32,000 bases of DNA, taken from NCBI RefSeq assembly GCF_000010065.1, contig NC_006576.1:2190001-2222000 (forward strand), read 5' to 3'. Position numbers and translations under genes: made by a program. Shown piece after piece: positions 12,301-18,969 of the stretch (its first letter is position 1; every line of letters starts with the position of its first letter). The notes under the pieces are model-generated. The model searched no databases. It was not told where the DNA came from and was given only the letters and a program-made list of their open reading frames with translations. Origin of the DNA: Synechococcus elongatus PCC 6301. GTDB lineage: Bacteria; Cyanobacteriota; Cyanobacteriia; Synechococcales; Synechococcaceae.

Positions 12301-12896
12301 AGGCGATGGAGCCGGTCAACATGCTGGCGCTGGAGGAATACGAGCGCACCCAAGCGCGACTGGAGGAGCTGTCAGAGAAGCTAACGACAATTGAAGCGGA
12401 GCGAACGGAATTACTGCTGCGCATCGAAAATTTCACGACTCTGCGCCGCCGAGCCTTCATGGAGTCGTTTGAGGCGATCGATCGCAACTTCCAAGAGATC
12501 TTTGCGCACCTGTCGGACGGGGATGGCTCGCTCCAACTCGACAATCCTGAAGATCCCTTTAGCAGCGGCCTCAACCTGATTGCCCATCCCAAGGGCAAGC
12601 CGGTGCGTCGTCTAGCCTCGATGTCGGGTGGTGAAAAGTCGCTGACTGCCCTCAGTTTCATCTTTGCCCTGCAGCGCTACCGGCCCTCCCCCTTTTATGC
12701 ACTGGATGAGGTAGACAGCTTTTTGGATGGGGCGAACGTCGAACGGCTGGCGCGGGTGATTCGTCAGCAAGCGCAAGCAGCCCAATTCATCGTGGTCAGC
12801 CATCGCCGACCGATGATTGAAGCGGCGGAGCGCACAATTGGCGTCACCCAAGCTCGTGGCGCTCACACCCAAGTTCTGGGGATCCCACAACCCTAG
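9309..12896 (+). CDS. smc: chromosome segregation/condensation ATPase SMC
   Basis: A 1195-aa ORF. It has the N-terminal Walker A ([15 protein letters not shown]...GPNGSGKSN), two long Q/E/L-rich coiled coils and a central hinge ([35 protein letters not shown]). The C-terminus carries the signature and Walker B motifs ([32 protein letters not shown]). The start appears to be TTG at 9309. Confidence 0.93.
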   Translation: [1195 protein letters not shown]

Positions 12897-13039
12897 CCAA
12901 CCGGCCGCTAGGATTGCTTTATGCTGGGCGACAATGTAAAGATGTCGCGACATCAGCCGCAATCCGAAGCGACTGCTTCTGACCAAGCTGTCGCTGCTTC
13001 TGGGGCCTAGGCATTGGTCCCTCACGATAGGACTCAAGA

Positions 13040-14053
13040 ATGACCGCTGAGCAAGTTTGGTTGCGTTCCGAAATTATGGGAACCCAAGTCATTACTCGTG
13101 ACAGCGGGCGACGATTGGGCGTCGTTGGCGAGTTGCTCGTCGATATCGATCGCCGCGAAGTGGTGGCTCTGGGCTTGCGCGACAACTTGCTGACGCGCTT
13201 CTTGCCCGGCGTGCCGCGCTACATGTTCCTGAGCAGCATCCGACAAGTCGGTGATGTCATCCTCGTCGACAACGACGATGTGATTGAAGATAATTTCGAT
13301 GCGATTGGCCTCAGCAATCTGATTAATTGCGAAGTGATCACCGAAGCGGGAGAGCCGCTGGGTCGCGTGCGCGGTTTCAAGTTCGACATCGCTACCGGCA
13401 AGCTAGAGTCCCTCGTGATCGCCTCTTTGGGCTTAGCCTTTGTGCCGGAAAGCGTCCTCAGCACTTTTGAACTCGGTGTCCAAGAAATCGTCAGTGGCGG
13501 CCCCGATCGCGTCATTGTCTTTGAAGGTGCCGAAGATCGGATGGTGCAGCTAACCGCTGGCCTACTGGAGAAACTGGGGCTCGGTGGTTGGGACGACGAC
13601 GAATACGATCGCTACTCCCTGCCGATTACGCCAGTCGAAAATCAGCTCGGTGCCGGTGACCCACTACCGCCCCAACGGGACTATAACCAGCAGCCGTTCC
13701 GGGCCCGTCGCGAGGATCGCCGCCAAGAGGAATTGGTTGAGCCGCTGCGCCAAAGCCGTCCGGCTGCCCGCCGCATGTACCTCGATGAGGAAGAGAGCAA
13801 TCCCGCGCCGCGATCACGATCGCAGCAGCCCAGTCGCGATCGCTACGAAGAGGGCGACTACGAAGAGCTGCCCGCACCCCGCGTTCAACGTCGGCCGGAA
13901 CCTGCGCCTCGCTCACCCGCCGCTCGCCCTAGTGCTCCCCAGCCACTCCCCCAAGATGACGATCCGTTTGGCGATGCTTGGGGTGAGCCTGATGACAGTC
14001 CAGAGCTGCAACTACCGCAACGACAACGTCAGCCGGAATACGAAGAAGGCTAG
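13040..14053 (+). CDS. PRC-barrel domain protein (two PRC-barrel-like repeats plus a long P/R/E/Q/D-rich disordered tail)
   Basis: A 337-aa ORF. It has two similar modules (GTQVITRDSGRRLGVVGELLVDIDRREVVAL... and NCEVITEAGEPLGRVRGFKFDIATGKLESLVI...) typical of PRC barrels. The last roughly 140 aa are low complexity. Confidence 0.75.
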   Translation: MTAEQVWLRSEIMGTQVITRDSGRRLGVVGELLVDIDRREVVALGLRDNLLTRFLPGVPRYMFLSSIRQVGDVILVDNDDVIEDNFDAIGLSNLINCEVITEAGEPLGRVRGFKFDIATGKLESLVIASLGLAFVPESVLSTFELGVQEIVSGGPDRVIVFEGAEDRMVQLTAGLLEKLGLGGWDDDEYDRYSLPITPVENQLGAGDPLPPQRDYNQQPFRARREDRRQEELVEPLRQSRPAARRMYLDEEESNPAPRSRSQQPSRDRYEEGDYEELPAPRVQRRPEPAPRSPAARPSAPQPLPQDDDPFGDAWGEPDDSPELQLPQRQRQPEYEEG

Positions 14054-14320
14054 GCGACTCTGAGCCATCCAATTCGGCCACTGTTGGACGTCGTTGTCTG
14101 CAGTGACTCGTTGACTGGTATCGTGTAAAACGCGTACAACTCAAGCGCTGTCGACTGTTGCCCGTTTGGTGATGTCGTTGACTCCTCCGTCTCACCCTGC
14201 AGTTGCACCCCGAAATAGCGATCGCGGCCTTCCGATTCCCGTGCTTCAAATCAAGGCCTAGACAAGGGTGAGCCAGAAATTTCTCGCAATCGCTTGCTAA
14301 AAACACAGCACACAAGTTAT

Positions 14321-14335
14321 ACCTGTTTAACAGGT
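14321..14335. promoter_or_regulatory. perfect 15-bp palindrome ACCTGTT-T-AACAGGT upstream of speD (possible operator)
   Basis: Read directly from the sequence. It lies 22 nt upstream of the speD ATG (14358) and just before the GGAG ribosome-binding site (14350-14353). Confidence 0.3.
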
Positions 14336-14357
14336 TGTCTTAGTTCAACGGAGAACC

Positions 14358-14777
14358 ATGACCGTTTCCCTCAATCCCCTCTTGGCTGATCCCCCTGCAC
14401 TCGGTGTTGGACGGCACTGCATTCTTGAGATTTACGGCTGTGCCGGTGAACTGCTCAACGATGCTGCCTACGTCGATCGTTCGATTCGGGAAGCCGCGAT
14501 CGCTGCTGGAGCAACTCTCCTCAATCAGGTCTGCCATGAGTTTGAACCTCAGGGCGTGACGGCTCTAGCGTTGCTGGCTGAATCCCATATTTCCATCCAC
14601 ACCTGGCCTGAAAATGGCTATGCGGCAGTGGATGTCTTTACCTGCGGCGACCATACTCAACCTGAAGTCGCTTGCCACCATCTCATTCAAGCTTTTAAAG
14701 CTGAACATCATAGTCTGCACAGCATTGTCAGACGGCCTCCCGCTGCGATTCGCGAACACGAGCGCGTTCCGGCCTAG
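14358..14777 (+). CDS. speD: S-adenosylmethionine decarboxylase proenzyme (small prokaryotic, pyruvoyl-dependent class)
   Basis: A 139-aa ORF with the self-processing motif LLAESHISIHTWPENGYAAVDVFTCG (cleavage at E|S). The size fits the short bacterial AdoMetDC. Confidence 0.9.
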   Translation: MTVSLNPLLADPPALGVGRHCILEIYGCAGELLNDAAYVDRSIREAAIAAGATLLNQVCHEFEPQGVTALALLAESHISIHTWPENGYAAVDVFTCGDHTQPEVACHHLIQAFKAEHHSLHSIVRRPPAAIREHERVPA

Positions 14778-14807
14778 CGCCAACGATTCAATCTAGTGAT
14801 TAGTGGT

Positions 14808-14850
14808 GGGCGGCTCCTTGAACCGATATCTGGGGGCCGCCTACTCTTTT
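14808..14850 (+). terminator. possible speD terminator
   Basis: GGGCGGC (14808-14814) pairs with GCCGCC (14836-14841) and is followed by TACTCTTTT. The loop is long (21 nt), so the call is tentative. Confidence 0.25.
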
Positions 14851-14893
14851 CCGTTGTCTTTCCTTGTTGCGTTGCACAGCTGATGAACGAACC

Positions 14894-15220
14894 ATGGCAA
14901 AAAAAATTTTTGGTGTCCGCGTTGAGGAAGATTTACGCCAGCAACTCAAGCAGTTGGCGTTGATTAAGGGCTTCTATCACAACAGCGGTCAGCACAAGGG
15001 TAAGCCCGATCTAAGTGGCTTGGTGCTAGCAATTCTGGAAGAGTATGTCGCGCAAAATCAGGCGGCGCTCGATGCAGCAGGGCCGTTTGTGGAAGAGCCG
15101 GTCACGGTTTCCAAGCCTGCGACGCCACGGCAGCGCAAACCGGCTAGCACCGCAACGAAAGCGAAAACCACGCGATCGCCCCGTAAGCGCAAGCCTTCAG
15201 GACCCAGTGCAGCAAAGTAG
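14894..15220 (+). CDS. small ribbon-helix-helix-like DNA-binding protein with a basic K/R/P/S/T-rich C-terminal tail
   Basis: I chose ATG 14894 inside ORF 14864..15220. MAKKIFGVRVEEDLRQQLKQLALIKG...LSGLVLAILEEYVAQN has the strand-helix-helix pattern of CopG/Arc/MetJ proteins. The tail KPATPRQRKPASTATKAKTTRSPRKRKPSGPSAAK is histone-H1/SPKK-like. The assignment rests on pattern only. Confidence 0.55.
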   Translation: MAKKIFGVRVEEDLRQQLKQLALIKGFYHNSGQHKGKPDLSGLVLAILEEYVAQNQAALDAAGPFVEEPVTVSKPATPRQRKPASTATKAKTTRSPRKRKPSGPSAAK

Positions 15221-15226
15221 GGCTGG

Positions 15227-16848
15227 CTAGGACTCTGCTGACTGGCGGCGACGCAGCAGGCGATCGCGTAGCTGCTGAACCTCCGGTAAGGGCAGGCGAC
15301 TGACCGGCAGAGCAAAGGTCAGTAGACCCACCCCGCTGGCGATCGCCAGTTTCACAATCAGCAGAATGAGCGTCGATTCCGGCCAGAGGCGATCGAGGCT
15401 GATCTGCGTAAAGTAGGCCAACAGGCCACAGCCAAAGCTCCAAATACTGAGGAGGGTGATCCAGCCCCCCCAGGGCAAAAGGGGCAGCCCGCCCAAGCGT
15501 CGGTGCAAAATCCAGAGCAGGGCGATCAGGGAAATGATGTTGACGGAAACCGTCGCTAAAACCAGACCCGTTGCGCCAAACGGCCCGATCAACAACCAAT
15601 CAAACAGGGCATTGAGAAAGATGTTGATCATGCTGATCCGAAACGGCGTCTGTCCATCCCCCAGGGCATAGAAGACGCGTACCAAGACATCGCGCCCAGA
15701 TAGACAAACATACCGATGCTGTAGGCCACCAGTAGCGCGGCGACCAAGTCGGTTGCATCCGTCTGGAACGCCCCCCGTTCATAGACGAGCTGCACGATCG
15801 GCAGGGCCAAGGCCGCCATCAAGGCACCGAGGGGCAGCATCAGCAAAGCCGTCAGGAATAAGCCTTGGCGGATGCGCTGCTTCAGCTCCGGCCACTGATC
15901 CGGCTCCGCTAAACGCGAAAGCACCGGCAGCAGTGGCACCAAAATGACATTCGAGAGAATGCCGAGCGGTGTTTGTACGAGCAAACCGGCATAGCCCAGA
16001 CCTGCTGCCGCTTGAGGAATAAAGGAAGCGAAGAACAGATCAGTGTAGACATTGATCTGCAACATCCCAGAGGAAAACGTCGCTGGCCCCAGAATGCGCA
16101 GGACCTCTTTGACCTCGGGGCGCTGCCATTCGAACCGCAACCGCAGTCCGGCGAGGCCATGGCGAAACTGCGACGGCAACTGAATTAGCCATTGCAGAAT
16201 TGCGCCCAGTAAAGTGCTGCCCGCCAGCACCAAGCCACCCACGATCGCGAGTTGGGGGCTGGTAATGCGGCTACCGACTTGCCACCAGAGTAGCCCCACA
16301 CCAGCAATCACGGTCACGCTGGAAAAAAGCGGGCTGATGGAAGGCAGCCAGTAGGTATCGGCAGCGTTGAGGACGCCAAAGCCAATCCCGATCAGACCGG
16401 CGAGTAGCGCCATCGGCGCCATAATCCGCAGCTGCAAAACTGCGATCGCTCGCGTTTCTTGACCGGTGGGCGTCAACTCTAAACCGGGTGCGACCAGTCC
16501 AATCAGTGGATCGGCAAAGACTACGATTACGACGGTGACGATCAATAAGCTGATGCCGACGAGCGTTGTGATCGTTTCCACCAAGGGGCCACTGTCTTGG
16601 CGATCGCGCTTGGCAAGGACGCTGACCATGGCGCTGTGGAAGGGGCCATTGATGCCACCGAGCAGAATTAGCAGAAAGCCTGGAATAACGTAAGCGTAGT
16701 TGTAGGCATCAAAGGCAGGCCCGACGCCGAAGGCCGCGGCGATCGCCTGTTGCCGGACCAATCCAAAGACTTTACTGAGTAGGGTAGCCACCGCAACGAT
16801 GCCAGCAATGCCAGCAAGCGATCGGGCCGGTTTAGAAGCGTCGGGCAC
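15227..16848 (-). pseudogene. murJ: lipid II flippase MurJ/MviN, interrupted by a 1-nt frameshift near 15694-15697 (pseudogene, split gene or sequencing error)
   Basis: Two minus-strand ORFs (16848..15628, 406 aa; 15685..15227, 152 aa) lie in different frames. Together they give a contiguous MurJ sequence: ...AYSIGMFVYLG | RDVLVRVFYALGDGQTPFRISMINIFLNALFDWLL... The N-terminus MPDASKPARSLAGIAGIVAVATLLSKVFGLVRQQAIAAAFG is typical of MurJ. Confidence 0.85.
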
Positions 16849-16895
16849 AGGATGCGAAAGAATGGATGGCGGCCTGAACAGTCTACGATGCCCCC

Positions 16896-17606
16896 ATGCC
16901 TCAGCGGCTCTATACCTATCCCCCTCTGTTGCGGGGGCGCTTGCTCCAGCGCTACAAACGCTTTTTTGCTGATATTGAACTCGACAGTGGCGAGACGATC
17001 ACGGCTCACTGCCCGAACACGGGGCCAATGACGGGCGTTTGTCAGATGGGCAATCTGGTTTATGTCTCTAAATCAGACAATCCCAAACGGAAGTTGGCCT
17101 ACACCTGGGAACTGATTGAGGTCACGGATAACGAACCGACTTGGGTGGGTGTCAATACGGGGCTACCGAATCGGGTGGTTCAAGCCCTGCTCGAGCAGCG
17201 TTGCTTGCCGGTGTTGGGCGACTATGGCGAGGTGCAGCGCGAGGTCCCGTATGGCGAGAACAGTCGGATTGATTTCCGATTAACGGGCGATCGCCCCATC
17301 TATGTCGAGGTGAAAAATACGACTTGGACGGCTGGTCGCCTCGCGCTTTTCCCAGATACCGTCACGACTCGCGGCCAGAAGCACTTGCGGGAGCTGACAG
17401 CGATTTTGCTGGAAGCGCGAGCGGTCATGCTCTACTTCATCAATCGGGGCGATTGCACTGCTTTCGCGCCGGGAGATAGCGCCGACCCAACCTATGGGCA
17501 GCTGTTGCGGACTGGCATTGCTGCCGGTCTTGAAGTCTATCCCTGCCAATTTCAGATCAGTCCTGAAGGCATTGATTTTTTAGGCGTTGCCCCTTTGCAA
17601 CTCTAA
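16896..17606 (+). CDS. sfsA: sugar fermentation stimulation protein A homologue (SfsA family nuclease-like protein)
   Basis: A 236-aa ORF. RGRLLQRYKRFFADIELDSGETITAHCPNTGPMTG and YVEVKNTT...FPDTVTTRGQKHLREL are hallmark SfsA sequences. Confidence 0.9.
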   Translation: MPQRLYTYPPLLRGRLLQRYKRFFADIELDSGETITAHCPNTGPMTGVCQMGNLVYVSKSDNPKRKLAYTWELIEVTDNEPTWVGVNTGLPNRVVQALLEQRCLPVLGDYGEVQREVPYGENSRIDFRLTGDRPIYVEVKNTTWTAGRLALFPDTVTTRGQKHLRELTAILLEARAVMLYFINRGDCTAFAPGDSADPTYGQLLRTGIAAGLEVYPCQFQISPEGIDFLGVAPLQL

Positions 17607-17689
17607 ATAACTGCCGTGCAGTTGTTCAAAATGCACTTGGGTTTCCCTAGAAACCTGCGCTAGGCTGCGATCGCTTCTTTTGCTTTGCT

Positions 17690-18496
17690 ATGAACTACGC
17701 TCTTACCCAAGCTGTCCTGACTGGCACCCTTGAGGTGATTACCTTTGGGGGGGCTACCATTCTTGGTGTGGCGGCTGTCCGCAGTTGGATCAAGGATGTT
17801 TTAAATCCCGATCGCACGCTCATTCAGCTGCGCCAGCAGCTCCAAGATCTAGAGCGCAAGTTAGAGGAAGCTCCCGAAGACCTACGGCAAATCGGTCGTC
17901 TTCGGGCTGAAAATGCGCTCTTAGCTCAAAATAATCAACAACTTGAGCGCCTTGTTAGTCAGTTACAGCAACAGGTTAAGAATCAAGAATCGACCCTTCT
18001 AGGATTGGTTCAGGAGAAACAAGAACTGCTGACCCAAGTCGGCGATCGCGATCGCCAAATCGTGCAGTTAACTGCTGATTTGCAAACCCTTGAGGCGCAA
18101 GCCCAACAGCGATCGCAGGATTTCCAAGAACTGTTAGAAGAGCGGGAACAAATTCTTGAGGCAATGGAGCTTGCCCAAACTGAGCGGGAACAAATCGCTC
18201 AGAATTACCAGCAGCTGCAGGCACAGCAAGGGGGCATGGCCAGCCGCGCCCATAGCCTTGAAGAGCAGAATCGTGATTTGGTCGGAAACATCCAAACCCG
18301 CGAGCAGACAATTCTGGAACTACAAGAAAATTTGACTGCCTTGGAAGCGTTGCTGCAGGAGGAACAACTCCGTAGAGCTGAACAAGAAACGCAACTGATT
18401 CAAGTGCGTGAACAGCTGCAAATTCTGATTCGTCAGCGTTTAAACCAACAATCGGGCGTTCGGCCGGCAACTATTCGCCGCTGGTTAGGGTCTTAG
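17690..18496 (+). CDS. membrane-anchored coiled-coil-rich protein (hypothetical)
   Basis: A 268-aa ORF. It has one N-terminal hydrophobic helix (LTGTLEVITFGGATILGVAAV) followed by about 220 aa of Q/E/L-rich heptad-like sequence. No enzymatic motif is present. Confidence 0.7.
   Translation: MNYALTQAVLTGTLEVITFGGATILGVAAVRSWIKDVLNPDRTLIQLRQQLQDLERKLEEAPEDLRQIGRLRAENALLAQNNQQLERLVSQLQQQVKNQESTLLGLVQEKQELLTQVGDRDRQIVQLTADLQTLEAQAQQRSQDFQELLEEREQILEAMELAQTEREQIAQNYQQLQAQQGGMASRAHSLEEQNRDLVGNIQTREQTILELQENLTALEALLQEEQLRRAEQETQLIQVREQLQILIRQRLNQQSGVRPATIRRWLGS
18042..18055. repeat. example of HIP1 (GCGATCGC), here two overlapping copies; the octamer is dispersed across the whole window
   Basis: GCGATCGCGATCGC is read directly. 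Many further single copies occur, for example near 557, 1923, 4139, 4869, 17669, 18109, 19805 and 19941. This is a hallmark of many cyanobacterial genomes. Confidence 0.9.
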
Positions 18497-18672
18497 TTCT
18501 GCTGCGATGCGTTAGGAGTCGCTGAAGTTGCTGATCGGCTTGGATCTATCCGCCAGTAGACCCTTCTGCTCTCGAACCTTCAGCTCTGATGTGAGATTTA
18601 TGCAGGAAAATCAGTTTCCTCAGAGTGGAAAAGCGTTTGCTAACCCAGCCAGACGCTGAATCACGATCGCTG

Positions 18673-18707
18673 CTGAGTCAGGCTTTCTGCTTCGGCCACT
18701 GACTCAG
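18673..18707 (+). terminator. strong hairpin in the AT-rich spacer (possible terminator of the coiled-coil gene or a small-RNA element)
   Basis: CTGAGTCAG (18673-18681) pairs with CTGACTCAG (18699-18707) as a perfect 9-bp stem with a 17-nt loop. It is followed by GTCTCGGTTCTTGATTG. It lies 177 nt after the stop at 18496. Confidence 0.3.
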
Positions 18708-18832
18708 GTCTCGGTTCTTGATTGTCAACCTCCCTGCGACAGCTTTAAGCGCAATAAAACCAATCACTGATATTGAGATTGAATTATGGGTACGGTCTGT
18801 TGAGAACTGGTCATCTTGTCATAAATTAGCCT

Positions 18833-18851
18833 CAAGAAACAAAGTTTCTTG
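18833..18851. promoter_or_regulatory. inverted repeat CAAGAAAC-AAA-GTTTCTTG upstream of the XRE-cupin gene (possible operator)
   Basis: Perfect 8-bp arms are read directly from the sequence. It lies about 120 nt upstream of ATG 18970. Confidence 0.25.
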
Positions 18852-18915
18852 TCGGTGGAATTGCGGCCATTCACTCTCCAAAATCGAGATCATCTCTTCT
18901 AAAATATGCTCAGCA

Positions 18916-18943
18916 GTTACATATTCCGGTTTACAGTTATAAG
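18916..18943 (+). promoter_or_regulatory. candidate promoter of the XRE-cupin gene (-35 GTTACA 18916-18921, 16-nt spacer, -10 TATAAG 18938-18943)
   Basis: The hexamers are read directly and would give a leader of about 20 nt. The region also contains the direct repeat GTTACATA / TTTACAGT, 14 nt apart. Confidence 0.25.
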
Positions 18944-18969
18944 AATCTCTTTCTTACCTGGGGTTTAGG

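Noticed and set aside
9314-13246. Many antisense ORFs across smc, and the apparent repetitiveness of its DNA (CAG/CAA-rich)
   Set aside because: The Q/L-rich antisense frames are a by-product of the coiled-coil coding sequence. The repetitiveness is low-complexity coding for poly-Q/E/L heptads. It is not a tandem repeat array or a mobile element.
14128-14140. NtcA-like site GTAAAACGCGTAC upstream of speD
   Set aside because: The spacing is GTA-N7-TAC, not the canonical GTA-N8-TAC, and no suitably placed -10 box follows.
13929-14315. 128-aa minus-strand ORF spanning the PRC-barrel gene end and the speD leader
   Set aside because: It overlaps the 3' end of a better-supported gene. Its composition is R/C/H-rich, with no start context and no recognisable domain.
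18718-18942. 74-aa plus-strand ORF (TTG start) in the AT-rich spacer
   Set aside because: It has no ribosome-binding site and an odd composition with several Cys/Trp residues. It overlaps the predicted promoter and operator of the regulator gene and is probably non-coding.
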